Origin: Sphaerodactylus townsendi
Lineage: Eukaryota
Reading direction: 5' to 3'
Length of the DNA: 47,348 nucleotides
Assembly (NCBI RefSeq): GCF_021028975.2
Contig: NC_059439.1
Location: 22,398,653 to 22,446,000 of the forward strand
This document shows positions 10,945-23,112 of the stretch, piece by piece (position 1 is the first letter of the stretch; the number at the start of each line of letters is the position of its first letter). The position numbers and the translations under genes were made by a program. The notes beneath the pieces were generated by a model that was given only the letters and a program-made list of their open reading frames with translations, was not told the DNA's origin and made no database searches.

Positions 10945-11922
10945 ATGAATACTGGAAGCAAAATGCCCAACCTAACCTCCACAACTGAATTTCTGCTCCT
11001 GCAATTTTCAGACATCCAAGAAGTACAGATCTTATACTTCTTTGTATTCCTCACCATATACTTGACTGCAGTGACTGGCAACCTTCTCATCATCCTTGCT
11101 GTAGCCCTAGACCATCATCTCCACACCCCTATGTACTTCTTTCTCATGAACTTGGCCATTCTGGATCTTGGCTTAATTTCTGTCACATTACCCAAAACTA
11201 TGGCCAATTCCCTCATGAACAGCAGCTCAATTTCTTATTTGGGGTGTGTAGCTCAAGTTTTCGGCCTCTTCTTATTTGAAGCAACAGATTTTGCGATTCT
11301 AACAGTAATGGCATATGATCGGTATGTGGCTATCTGCAATCCATTGCAATATGAGAGAATTATGCACAGAGGAGCCTGCATTCGTATGGCAGCCAGTGCA
11401 TGGATTGCTGGTATACTTGATAGTATGTTACAGACTGGCGGAACATTTGCTATCACCTTTTGCTCCAACATGATTGATCAGTTCTTCTGTGAAATACCAC
11501 AGATGCTAAAACTCTCCTGTTCAGACCTGTATCTGGTGGAAGTTGGTTTGATTACATTTAGTTGTTCCCTTGCATTAGGATGTTTCATATTCATCATTGT
11601 CAGCTATGTGCGGATTTTTGAAGCTGTGCTCAAAATCCCTTCTGCACATGGTCAGAAAAAGGCCATCTCCACATGCCTTCCTCATCTCACTGTGGTCTCT
11701 TTGCTTACCTTTACTGGCATCTTTGCCTATTTGAGGCCTCAGAGTTACACTTCATCTGACCTGAATGTTCTTTCTGCAATAATTTATGCAATAGTCCCTC
11801 CCTTGCTCAATCCATTCATTTATAGCATGAGAAACAAAGACATCAAGACCGCATTGTTGAGGCTCTCTGATTGTGGGCATTTTTCTAAAATAATTGCTAA
11901 GAAAGCTTTCCTACAAAAGTGA
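10945..11922 (+). CDS. Olfactory receptor, OR14-like (OR-3), intact
   Basis: MNTGSKMPNLTS..., LHTPMYFFLMNL, MAYDRYVAICNPL, STCLPHL, PPLLNPFIYSMRNKD. Confidence 0.95.
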   Translation: MNTGSKMPNLTSTTEFLLLQFSDIQEVQILYFFVFLTIYLTAVTGNLLIILAVALDHHLHTPMYFFLMNLAILDLGLISVTLPKTMANSLMNSSSISYLGCVAQVFGLFLFEATDFAILTVMAYDRYVAICNPLQYERIMHRGACIRMAASAWIAGILDSMLQTGGTFAITFCSNMIDQFFCEIPQMLKLSCSDLYLVEVGLITFSCSLALGCFIFIIVSYVRIFEAVLKIPSAHGQKKAISTCLPHLTVVSLLTFTGIFAYLRPQSYTSSDLNVLSAIIYAIVPPLLNPFIYSMRNKDIKTALLRLSDCGHFSKIIAKKAFLQK

Positions 11923-13779
11923 GACTAAATATCCTTCAGCAAATATTTTTGGGGTGGGGGTGAGGTCGAACACAATACACAATAATGGTAGGGTAAATTT
12001 TTTAAAGCACTTCAGATGTAGAAGTTTTTGGTTTCCCTTTCTCCCCAGCATGTACTTCTGAGCATTGAAAATGTGATGCTGAGTGTTGGGGTATTCACAA
12101 TATATCTATAAGTGGCTTTACTATGTCTTTTTAAAAAACCCAATCTACAATGCTGATTTTAAATAAGCTAAGTTATGTGTGGATAAGTGTCAAAAATAAT
12201 TTAAGGCTCCTATTTCAGATGGTCATTCTTTTCCACTGAGTGCACAGCTTTGGGAGGGATGCACACTGGGGAAGGTAAACGACACAAGCGTAGCCAATCA
12301 GATCAGCTGAACCAACCCCAGCAATCAATGGAATGACAGATCACGCTCAGATAGCCTTATTGATGTATAGCATCTTATTGGAAACGTACAATTATATGAG
12401 AATAGCTGTATAAAAATTTGGAATATTTCATATTTGAACAAAATGAATTATTATCTGATGGGTTTTTTTGGAAAATGGTCTTGTTTCACTGTGGCCTTTC
12501 CATCATGATTTGATCGCAATGTATCTTGCCACCAAATGCTATGGATATTTTTTTAAAAATTGCACATTCTCCCCCTGCCCCCGGTTGGTTTTTGGAATAT
12601 TTTCCCTTATTTTTTCCTCTGTTGTTTTCCTAACCTTTTTTGCTACAATTTTAAAAAATCCATTTCCACGTCAGCTTCACTTGAACATGGGATCATATTG
12701 AAACTGTATCTATTTCTCCACCTCACTAAACACCTGAACCCATGTCCCTGTGTAGTCACCCAACCTCCCTTGTAGCCATTTTCTTCTCCCCCTCCTCCTA
12801 AAACTAAACAACACAAGCCTTCTCCCCCTCCTCCTCCATTTCTCCTGTTTGTCATATTGTTGATTTATCACTTCTGTCAATTTCATCCCAAATGACTGAT
12901 GTCACATTAATACAAAGATACACCAAGTCCACAGTGAGGAGTGAGTGAAATTGCAGGAGGGAATTTATAAGAATCTGATGTGCAGCAAGCTACTTAGGAG
13001 GCAGCGTGGCTGTGCCATGACAGTGCCATCCCTGGCTGTGGCCAGCTACCCTACCCTTTGGATTGCATTTCCTGATATAATTTGCTTGAATAACTGACTA
13101 TAACAATGTAACCATGTCTTCACAATTAGAGTATCTCTCTTCTCATTGGTATAGTGCTTGTTTAAAAGCTCATAATTTCATTTAGCTAACAAAGTATATA
13201 ATAAATAAATAAGGAGTAGTTGAGGGCATGCTGGGTCATTCTGCATCACACTGAGAAACAGCAGTGATGTTAGAACACAATAATCCATTATGATTTTGTA
13301 TGGAATTAGTTGATTTTGATTCTGTTGGTGGCTAGTCCTCATGTAGGTTATTGGGTGAATCTCATTGGAAGAACCTTGGAGATTGAGAAAAAAGGACATT
13401 TTTTTTAAAAAAAATCAGGAGTCATATAACATTATTGCCAGGGTAAAGTCCAACTTACGTATTATCTACACCATGCAAAAAGCAAAAGCAAATGGAAGTT
13501 GCTAGAATGAACAGACTCCAAATAGCCAATGATTCCATTGCCATGGAGATCATGAAGAATTTAGCATTTGTGTAATGTGTAAACCTCTTTCAGAGTGTTG
13601 CAGAGAGACTGCAGAGACTGATTGGGGAAGTCAGTGTTGAAGTTGGAGGTCTGATTCTCTCTTTGTGGTGAAACAGTATTTTTAAAATAAACTGTCTTTT
13701 AAAATATGTTTTCCGTCTTGTTCTTGAATTGTCCTGAATGATTTTACCCATAATTATGAATCCCTTCTTTGATACCCAT

Positions 13780-14440
13780 GATTTTTTGTTTTAATGGTTT
13801 TTATTACATTTTTACATCTTACTACTACTCAAACTAATACAAAAGGAACTAAGAAACAGAAAGTGCAATGGTGATCAAGCCACCCCAATCTACATCCAAA
13901 GAGTGCATACGAATGAAGACAAAATGACAAACATAAGAATTTATACCTACATGCAACTGCATGACTTCCCACCCAAAACTGCTGTCAAATTTATCCTTTT
14001 TATCTTGTTTACAAAAACAAAAACCTCAAGTCCAACATCAGATTTTATTTATCTCTTTCCTAAATCATGAAATTAAACAATACCCACATTGTATTAAAGA
14101 AACACCATCTGTATTCCTAACTTATTATCCCAACATTTAAGATTATTTCTATACATTTAACGTACCTTATTTCTGAACCCATTTAATTTCACCCTCCACC
14201 ATTATGTCTGTTCCCATCACCTATACTTTACAGTTTTGCCCTATCTTTGGCTATTTTTAAAAGAACATCTAATTGAAGTTTTAAAGGACTTAACATCATA
14301 TTCATATTCAAGCTTTATTTAAACCAATTGCCCATTTTTAGATAATTCTTTTTTCATCTTCTTGAAGATCTCTTTAGTGGATGTTACAGAAGTTATTCTC
14401 CACTTTTGACCCTTAATAATGGCCCCAGAATCAACTGGGC
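13780..14440 (-). mobile_element. Possible old L1-like LINE 3' fragment
   Basis: T-rich tail and tttattacatttt at left end; decayed minus-strand ORF-like text; paralogous copy at ~31850-32200. Confidence 0.3.
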
Positions 14441-14468
14441 CATAAATGTGACGGGGGCAGGACACATG

Positions 14469-14930
14469 GGCCCTTTTCGCACGGGCCATTCTGGCGTACA
14501 GAAGCATGCGAGCGGCCCCCGTAGAGACCGATGCAGGAGAGGTGGCTCCACACAGAGCCGCCCCTTTCCCGTCTCTCTCTCACTCACCTTGTCACCGTCG
14601 TCACCCTGCTGGTCTCCGTAGACCCGCCCACGCTGCCCTCCGACCTCCAGGGGTCGGAGGACAGCAAGGGAGGGTCTTCAGAGGCCAGCAGGGCGACGAA
14701 GGCGACGAGGTGAGTGGGAGAGAAAACAGCGCATTCCCGGCAGTGCCGTTCGCACCGCGTCACCGGGAATGCGCTGTTGTGCCAAAAACCTCCCTCCAGG
14801 AGGGAGGTTTTTGGAGGCGACCTGAGGCCGCCCTGCTGCATTTTTGCAGCGGCACCTGTGCAAACGGCTCCCTGGGGACGGCGTTTTTGCCGTCCCCAGG
14901 GCACCGTTTATGGCCCGTGCGGAAAGGGCC
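14469..14930. mobile_element. GC-rich palindromic MITE, PIF/Harbinger-type
   Basis: TIR GGCCCTTTTCGCACGGGCC / GGCCCGTGCGGAAAGGGCC; 3-bp TSD ATG; empty site at ~32215-32235 (gggcagggcccATGgtgagc). Confidence 0.9.
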
Positions 14931-15307
14931 ATGGTGAGCTCTGGAGCAGTGAGCATCCCACACCAACATATTTTGACTCGTGCAGAATGGGCCATAGTTC
15001 TTTCTGAGATGCATTTGGTCTTACTTCATGCACAGCCATGTGTTGCTACTGGTCTATTTCCACTAGTTATAAAAATGGAAGTAATAATACAACAAAGACT
15101 TTAGCATCACTTGGCAGTTAAGTGAGGTAAACTCTTGGGAGCCAATTGCCAGGAACACAACATAAATTAAGCTCTGCCTCATTCCTACTTCTTTTTGATT
15201 AGGAGTACCTGGCAACAAACCCTCTATGGAATGGCATGAGCAAATGGATACATGAATTTAAACAGCAGAAACAGCAATCAAACCTAACCGTCTCTCTTTT
15301 GTCACAG

Positions 15308-15447
15308 ATCATTATTACTGTGATTGATTAATTGGTCCAAATCCAGATCAAAGATGAAAAAATAGTATTCTGTGACTTGATACTACAGCAGAAATTGACA
15401 TGGGGAGCGTAAGATGAAAAGAGCTGGGGAAGAAAGGAGACTCAAAG
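15308..15447 (+). other. Putative non-coding 5'-UTR exon of the OR unit (type A, ~140 nt)
   Basis: CTAAC branch point + pyrimidine tract + CAG acceptor and AAG|GTA donor; same sites in paralogs 9510-9768, 24928-25065, 32601-32741. Confidence 0.5.
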
Positions 15448-16215
15448 GTAGTCAGTCATGTTTGATATTGGGAAATTTGTGTGTGAGTGTGTGATAACCA
15501 ATGACTGCAGCAAGCTACAAAGAGATTCCTTCCAGTCTTTTACCATTTTTTGCTACATTATCTGGAAGTGTTCCATTCAGTCTAAATCCTCTTGAAAAAA
15601 ATTGAACTGGCATCAGAATGTTCCTGGTGCCATGGTTCCAGACCTCTCATATGGACTCATAGAGCCATGTCCGTTTAGGTCAAGGTTGGTAGTTTGTCCC
15701 CATGAAATGGAAAGAGGCAAAGGACTTACAAACCATACACATTAATTTAGAATAAAATGGACAGAAGAAAGAATAAATTCAAAACTTCAAAGCTGAAGTA
15801 GTTGAGTAAACATTGAGTGGTTGTTGCTGTCAAAATGGGGGAAAGGGAGAATACCCAATATGTCTTTCCTGTATATTTAAAAGGGTTGGGGTTTACGCGG
15901 TATGATATTCTTTGTACAGAGTGGGTGATAGATGGTGTTTGGGAAAGACAGAGGGTGCTCCTCGTTCCCACATGAATGTATGGGCAAACCAGGTCATTTA
16001 ATAACATTAGTCTTACGGAATTTGAAGAGGGAATGTTAGTTGACGCTTTCAAGCGAGCACTCAAGAATCTTCCTGGATGTGAGGAACCAGATGTGAGTTC
16101 ATTTTGCAGCCAGAACAGATGCCTATTAAATAAACCAGAGTAGGATTTGGAGAAGCCCCTCTGAGGATTGTTCTCTGAAATACTTTCTCTCCACAGCCCT
16201 ACCGATAGTCTTCAA

Positions 16216-16409
16216 ATGGATATTGAAAGCTTATCTTGACAACCTTATCTACACATCTGAATTTTTGCTCCTGGAATTTTCAGACATTAGAGAAGTACAG
16301 ATAATATATTTCTTTGTGTTCCTCACAGTATGTTTGACCGCAGTGACTGGCAACCTTTTCATCGTTCTTGCTGTAACTTTGGATCATCACTTGCATGCAC
16401 CCATGTACT
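16216..16409 (+). pseudogene. 5'-only OR relic (N-terminus to TM2 start), frameshifted
   Basis: EFLLLEFSDIREVQ...GNLFIVLAVTLDHHLHAPMY then (GT)n; aaaatg replaced by ttatctt relative to 25818 copy. Confidence 0.9.
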
Positions 16410-16410
16410 A

Positions 16411-16413
<3 letters not shown>

Positions 16414-16460
<47 letters not shown>
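16414..16460. repeat. (GT)n microsatellite
   Basis: Direct reading. Confidence 0.98.
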
Positions 16461-16463
<3 letters not shown>

Positions 16464-16810
16464 AATCAGAAAACTCTCCACTGACTTTTTCTATGCATGG
16501 CCAAGCAAAATATGAGTGAGATTTGGTATAGTTCCAGTCTTTGAGCACGGATGCTGCAGAAGTTTATATCGGAGCAAACTCTCATGTTGGGGAATGCCAG
16601 TGAGAAACTGAGCACCCATCCAGTTTGCCCATCCTTTACCCATTCAACACAGCACCAATCTCTATGCTAAGACAACCAAACAAGGAATCCTGATGAACTA
16701 TTCATTGATATCAGTTAACTGCAAAGACAAAAAATCTCAATTGAATAGATCGCAGTAGGATTCTGGGAAGACCTGGTGAGAATTGTTCTCTAAATCACTT
16801 TATCTGCTCA

Positions 16811-17367
16811 TTAAAAGGTTAATTAAAATGAAAAGGTCAACTATGGGATAGAGAGTTCTCTACCCTAATCACCGCAGCCAAGAAAACGTACTCCCCCCTG
16901 TATTTTTCTCTCCTATTTGAACGGGGCCACTTGGCACACTACCTGTACTGCTTAATAAACCCTGTTCAAAGGAGAGCCATAATGCTCGCCAGGTTTAATG
17001 TTATGCCTTCTGCCTTGTTACATGGCAGATTTAATAAGCAAGAAAAGGCTAAAAGATTGTGCTCATGTAACAATGGCTCAGTTGAATCTCTGGCCCACCA
17101 ATTACTTCACTGTCTCAGATTCAAGGAAATCAGATCCAAGTATGTGAATCTTACTCCTTTACATTTACCCCATCTCCCCGATTTAATTAGATTACACTAC
17201 TTGTTGGACAACCCTGATACTTCTCTTTGTATCATAGTGGCAGACTTTCTCCTGGAAATTACTAAATGCCAGCAGATTTCCTTCGACCTGTATTGTATAT
17301 GCTTTTTAATCCGTTTTTTATTACTGTTGTACTGTTGTCTATGCCAATAAAGGCTTGCTTCTTCTGT
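16811..17367 (+). mobile_element. Non-LTR retrotransposon 3' end (RTE-X-like)
   Basis: ARFNVMPSALLHGRF...RLCSC...ESLAHQLLHC zinc-knuckle C-terminus; ccAATAAAggcttgctt tail; 8-bp TSD TCTGCTCA (16803-16810, 17368-17375); empty site at ~34619. Confidence 0.8.
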
Positions 17368-17395
17368 TCTGCTCAACTCTGCAGGTAGTTTGCAA

Positions 17396-18343
17396 ATGAA
17401 TCTTGGAAGCAAAATGCCCAACTTCACCTCCACATCTGAATTTCTGCTCCTAGAATTTTCAGACATCCGAGAAGTACAGATCTTATACTCCTTTATATTC
17501 CTCATAGTATATCTGACTGCAGTGACTGGCAACCTTCTCATCATTCTTGCTGTAGCCCTGGATCATCATCTCCACACCCCCATGTACTTCTTTCTCATGA
17601 ACTTAGCCATTCTGGATATTGGCTTAATTTCTGTCACATTACCCAAAACTATGGCCAATTCCCTCATGAACAGTAGGTCAGTTTCTTATTTGGGGTGTGT
17701 AGCTCAAATTTTCTTCCTTTTCCTATTTCTTGGAGCAGATTTTGCAATTCTTACATTGATGGCACATGATCGGTATGTGGCTATCTGCAATCCATTGCAA
17801 TATGAAATTATTATGCACAGAGGATCCTGTATTCAAATGGCAGCCAGTGCATGGATTGCTGGTATACTTGATGGTATGTTACAGACTGGCGGAACTTTTG
17901 CTATCACCTTTTGCTCCAACATGATTGATCAGTTCTTCTGTGAAATACCACAGATTCTAAAACTTGCCTGTTCAGACATGTATCTAGTAGAAGTTGGTAT
18001 CCTTTTGTTTGCCTGTTTCATTGGACTAGGATGCTTCATCTTCATCATTGTCAGCTACGTGCAGATTTTTGTAGCAGTGCTCAAAATCCCTTCTGTGCAT
18101 GGTCAGAAAAAGGCCATCTCCACTTGCCTTCCCCACCTCACTGTGGTGTCTTTGCTTATGTTTAGTGGAATCTTTTCCTATTTGAGGCCTCACAGTTACT
18201 CTTCGTCAGACCTTAATGTTCTTTTTGCAATAATTTATGCTGTAGTGCCCCCTTTGCTCAATCCATTCATTTATAGCATGAGAAACAAAGAAATCAAAAC
18301 TGCATTGTTGAAGCTCTTTGATTTGTGCAATATTCTAAAATAA
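17396..18343 (+). CDS. Olfactory receptor, OR14-like (OR-5), intact
   Basis: All OR motifs present: MAHDRYVAICNPL, PPLLNPFIYSMRNKEIK. Confidence 0.95.
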   Translation: MNLGSKMPNFTSTSEFLLLEFSDIREVQILYSFIFLIVYLTAVTGNLLIILAVALDHHLHTPMYFFLMNLAILDIGLISVTLPKTMANSLMNSRSVSYLGCVAQIFFLFLFLGADFAILTLMAHDRYVAICNPLQYEIIMHRGSCIQMAASAWIAGILDGMLQTGGTFAITFCSNMIDQFFCEIPQILKLACSDMYLVEVGILLFACFIGLGCFIFIIVSYVQIFVAVLKIPSVHGQKKAISTCLPHLTVVSLLMFSGIFSYLRPHSYSSSDLNVLFAIIYAVVPPLLNPFIYSMRNKEIKTALLKLFDLCNILK

Positions 18344-18582
18344 TTGCCAGCAAATCTTTTCCTCATAAATGAGACTTAATATCCTTCTGCAGAGAATTTT
18401 TTTTTGCCTCTCAGGTATAGTACACAGGAAAGAAAACAGGATATTTTGCATGAATTATTTACAACCAATCTTGCCATTAAATGGTACATTCTCCCCCTTC
18501 AAGTTCCACACGTTTTTTCCCCCTCTGTTTGGTTCTGGAAAGTTTATTTCTTCACTTTTCTTCCATTGTTTTCCCAAACAGT

Positions 18583-19085
18583 TTTATTTATTTATTTGAT
18601 TTATTTAATTTGTATCCCACCTTCCCTAGGTGAAGTTGGCCTCAGGGTAATGTACAAGCATCATTAAAACCAATAATACATGAAACACATAGATTGCTAA
18701 AATACTAATCTCATTTAAAACTCAAGATGTCAGAAAAGCTACCTCTAAAAGCTACCTGGCTCAGCTTTGACATGGTTTCATTCAGAACTGTCCAAGCATG
18801 GGTTCATTCAATGGAGAGGAAGGTTTATGTAGCGAAACAGGGTGTCTAATATGTAGGCTGACAGAGGACTTTGGGGCACACAATTGTTCTCAATCAAAAG
18901 CCTGGTGATACATCTCTGTCTTCCAGATTTTGCAGAACTATTTAAGATCCCACAGGGCCCTGGTTTCAGCTGATCCCACAGGACCCTGGTTTCAGCTGAG
19001 TCCCACCAGCAGCAGCCAGGGCAGGAAATAACCTGGCTCTAGTCGAGGCCAATTGTACATTCCTGGGGCCAGGGACAACAACAAT
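18583..19085 (-). mobile_element. L2 LINE 3' fragment
   Basis: (TTTA)n tail; minus strand resembles L2 ORF2 end (PGP...STRAR..); 26-bp internal tandem duplication ~18946-18998; copies at 35822-36303 and 41150-41770. Confidence 0.65.
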
Positions 19086-19741
19086 GTTGTTGTTGCTGTT
19101 TTAAATCCATTTTAAAGCCACATCCTTGTGGTGTCACCCAACCTTCTCTTCAGGCATTTTATCCTCCCCCTTCCCCCATCATCCATTTTCATAAGGGGTT
19201 TGGGTTTTTTCCCCCTCCTTTCATATCAAACTAGTTATGTCATGTTGCGATAGAGATAAGAACCAAGATGCAATTAGACAAACTTTGTCAGTTTCTCATA
19301 GAAGCTGTGATATTAATGTTCAGGCACAGATACAAAGAAGCAGGAGCAATTAGGTGAGGATGCTGTAATGCATCACAGATAACATCTCATCACCATTAGG
19401 AATAATACATTTTCATAAGTAGCATGTGGGATAAATGTAACTGAAGAGACAAGGGAATGATGGGGGAAATGAAAGTGTACAGAATGATTTCACAGAAGTA
19501 ACAAGGTATGCCCATTGGGAAAATCTGTGGGAAGTGATGGATGCAGAAAAGGTTTAGGTTGTATTTTTGGCATGCCGGGTTGTCGCTGTTTGTTGTGTTC
19601 CTCCACCTTTTAAAGATAAGTTTTAAATTTCTCCCACCCTTTGCAGTTTTTATTTGTTAGTATTTAGCATTTTCTTTTAATCTTATGCTGTGTTGTGCAT
19701 AGAGATGGGCCAAACAACTTAAAAAACCTTGGCATGGATAA

Positions 19742-20410
19742 GGGCCATAAAATATTGACTGCATATACATTTTCCAGTGGGATCCAATAGTTATATTTCC
19801 TCCCTGTTATCAGATCACTTTATTTCATAATGGTATACTTTGATCTTTAGAAAGGTTGAAGCTATTGGTTTCCCTTTGGAATCACTCCTTATGCTCACAA
19901 AGGTGGAAGCCTTCAGACTAGTTAAGAATAGGCTCTTGGATCTTGAGTTTCATAATTTGACTCTTGCAGCCAAGACAACCTGTTCCCCAACTACATTATT
20001 AATCCCATGCGAGTGTGGAATTATGGCAGCATATCTTCGTCTGCTGATTACCGGTAATCCCACCCAGAGGAGAGATTGGCTACTGCAAGATGTAATGTGT
20101 TGCCATCAGCTCTTCTGGAGGGAAGATTTAAGAATATGGAACATTCTAAAAGGGTTTGTTCCTGTGATCTGATTACAGTTGCCCTAAATACGATAATATA
20201 CGCATGAAATACATGAATTCCATTTTCTTGCAATGTTCTTAGTGGCAAGAGTGTTATAAGATACCCAACCTCCTGAACAGCTCTGATGTGCTCTTTAGTG
20301 AAACTGTTGCAAATTTTATACTGTAAATTAGTAATTTTAACTGTGTTTTTAAATCTTGTTTTGCTTGGAAATTTTGTATTGTTTTGTATGCCAATAAAGG
20401 CTTGTTGTTG
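19742..20410 (+). mobile_element. Degenerate RTE-X-like LINE 3' end
   Basis: ARCNVLPSALLEGRF...RVCSC; tail tatgccAATAAAggcttgttgttg, same family type as 16811-17367. Confidence 0.7.
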
Positions 20411-20415
20411 CCATC

Positions 20416-20997
20416 TGAGGGTGGAGCTTTGTTGGGGCGAAAGCCCTATCCACAAGTGACACTGCACTCCTTTTGGCTGGGGTAAATCAATCGGCCATAG
20501 CCATATTTATTAATCACAAACAGAAGCATGAGGCGCAGCATGGGTCTTAATCTGATTGTGTCAGCATCACAGTGAAGCTCCAGTGGGTGGATGCCACATA
20601 CTGCAGCTTCGCTCCACCATGGGGCTCTGCTGGGTGGACGCTCCTGGCAAGAGGTGCTCCCCAGATGCCCTGCTTGGCAGATCGGATGCTTCTTGCCATT
20701 GTCTGCCATTCCCAGGGGAGGGGTTGCTCCCTAGCTCCCCCCTTTGGCCCTTCCAGATCAATACCCATGCGTGAAAACCATCAATGTCTATGATGTTAGA
20801 ATGCATTAACAACCTTTGCAAAATAGGGAGAGGTGGGTGTGAAAATCGTCGGCCAGCCCAAGCACATGGCTGGCACAAAGAAAGGCTTGGCCTTTAAAGG
20901 CTTGGGTTTCCTTTTCTCCTCTGACGTGGCCAGCAGGTTTTTGACTCGTCTTCATCCACCCCAAACAATATTGGACACCTCCTTGTTTCCGCCCTCA
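20416..20997 (-). mobile_element. LTR-like / Ngaro-like terminal repeat
   Basis: TG...CA inverted termini TGAGGGTGGA / TCCGCCCTCA; minus-strand TATA-like (tttaaa), cccacc motif and AATAAA...gctatggcc; no TSD. Confidence 0.5.
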
Positions 20998-21521
20998 CTG
21001 AGCCGGAATCAGACTCTACCCTTTCCCACCCCTAGCAGCAATCATGGTTCGTGGTAATTCACAGCATTCATTTGTTTTGTTGGATGCAGAAAAGGCCTTG
21101 GTTGAATTTTTGAAGTACTTCCAAAGTTGCTGTCAGAGGTAAAAAATTTAGTTTCCTGTTCCCCCAGAATGCACCTGTGAGGGTTGAAAATAAGATGCCA
21201 AGTTTTTGGGCTTTCACAAGAAATGTTACCCATCCTGAACAGGTAACTGCAAGGGAGGAGGAGAGAGACTTGAGAAACACCTTTCCTTATTTGTGTTGCC
21301 ATTGAAGCTTCTGATTCTCTTGGAAGGCTTCTTGTGCTGGCATAAAGAAGTTGTAGGTCCATACTAATAATACCATTTATGACACAGACAGTTATTTCAC
21401 TTTTTCTACCTCAATCAGAACCATTAGTCCATATTTCCCTAAGTTTGCTATTTTGCAGTCCTCCAAGATATCATTAGATGGGATCCAATGCATATTTTGG
21501 GAAAAATCACAAATCCACCTG

Positions 21522-23112
21522 CAGAGGCATAGCTGGGCCAAACTGTGCCTGGTGTGCAGTGTGTTTTTTCTGCCCCCCTGCCCCCTGTGGCACCCCCCAT
21601 GGAACGCACACATGCACATGCACACACACGCCCCCCTTCCCACACTTACCTACTTTCTTTTTCTATTTCTAGTACTTTTTGAGGCTGAAAAAAGCAGCCG
21701 CAGTTCAGGAAAAAACTGCCTGACGAACTATACTTCCCAGGAGACCTTGTGAGCCCCAAGGTCTCCCGCAGAACTCTGAATTCCTTGGGCAGATTTTCCC
21801 CACGAGCTTTATATGGCTAAAACCACTTTTATGCAGCCTTCAAAAAGTGATAAAAGGGCGTGGAAAGTAAGGTAATGAAAAGAACTGGTGGTTGTGTATT
21901 ATTGTGTCGCGTGAGGGGCACCATGGGGGAGCTTCTGCCCGAGAGATCTCATGTAAGGAAAGAGGGGGGGAAGGGCCAGGGGGCAATTTTGCACCCCCAG
22001 GCGTGCGTCCTGTTAGCCCTGCCCTTCACACCCCGCTTTATGAAATATAAGCCTCATATTATTTTTCTGCTAAACGACATTGGTAGAAGCCAACTGTCAT
22101 TTTTCTCTAAAGTGTAGGTTGAAAAGTGTCCACTGGAAGCAGGCCAAAGGATTAGGAGGTCTCATTTAAGCTGTGGGCATGATCTTGATTACCACACCTT
22201 GCTAAAATATTGTAAGAGAAGAGGTCCTGGAAACACCTTGGTATCTGATGCTGCAGTTCACGGTTTCTTTTAGATAACGTTTTAGCAACAAATGGTTGCT
22301 GCCTTGCATTTCCTCCACCTATTGATACAACTTGCCTAAATCAATCAGTCCTCTCCCTAATCTGATGTCTCAGCCAAACCTGAATAACCTGAGCACAGCT
22401 CTACAGAGCTAGTTTGCATAAAGCCTTTTAGCGCTTCCAGATTTAATCTAAAAACAATTAGCCCTCTTGTCCCAGGACTTAGCACAATAGATGAGCTGAT
22501 TGATTAGCTCAGCCCCGCAAACCCAGCACAGATGCAGGAAATGAAACCTAATGCTAAGGGTCTCTTTTCCCGCCAAAATAGCAATCCACCTTATAAAAGT
22601 CTTGCTCACCTGAAACTCATTGCTCATTGCTAACCTGAACCTCCCTTGGTCTCACTAGTGTGAGACACGGATTTGTTCTTCTACTGGGTTTCTGTGCTGG
22701 CGTAGAATCCCTGCCTTCTACTACTTCGTCTGCTGCCTTAAGATCGTTAGGTAATGTATCACCCTGCTGCCTCCCAATTCCCTCTCTATCCTCCCAAACT
22801 ATTTTTCTCACCTTTTTATATCATTAGGAACTTGTGTGTATGTGCCTTCATACCTTGCTGTATGTATGCTTTTGAAACCAAATTTATATAAATATTTTAA
22901 ACTTGATTTGGACTCCTTGTGTTACTCTGCGGAACGCACCATGCCATCCTTCCCCATATACATAGTCTAAAATATCCCCTCCTAGCATACCTCTCCCATT
23001 GCCAAGCTGAGTAATTTCCCCATTGCTACTCTAAATATAGTTCAACCCATGTTAAGCTAGGTAACAGCCCGGTGCACGATGCACCCATCTGCCCCCTTGG
23101 CCCCTGCCACTG
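21522..23112. mobile_element. hAT-type non-autonomous element carrying a nested LTR-like insertion
   Basis: Termini CAGAGGCA...TGCCACTG; perfect 8-bp TSD TCCACCTG (21514-21521, 23113-23120); empty paralog tccacatgcaatttc at ~28509. Confidence 0.8.
22011..23029 (+). mobile_element. Solo-LTR-like repeat (copy 1)
   Basis: Collinear with 30398-31516; TATAAAA at ~22593; ends ttccccattgctac. Confidence 0.6.

Noticed and set aside
10830-11093. Repeated antisense ORF MMRRLPVTAV... (also at 17.2k, 27.0k, 34.6k, 39.8k)
   Set aside because: Shadow of the conserved OR sense strand; lengths and ends are inconsistent
12240-12520. Degenerate Penelope-like terminus or hammerhead remnant (tgatgta...gaaacg)
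   Set aside because: Too eroded; boundaries and stems cannot be supported by eye
14319-15104. Multiple overlapping ORFs here and at 1487-2077 and 44225-44914
   Set aside because: Stop-poor GC-rich MITE sequence; no domain-like features
18369-18667. ORFs MRLNILLQRIF... after the OR-5, OR-8 and OR-10 stops
   Set aside because: Recently duplicated 3'UTR running into an L2 tail, with frameshifts between copies
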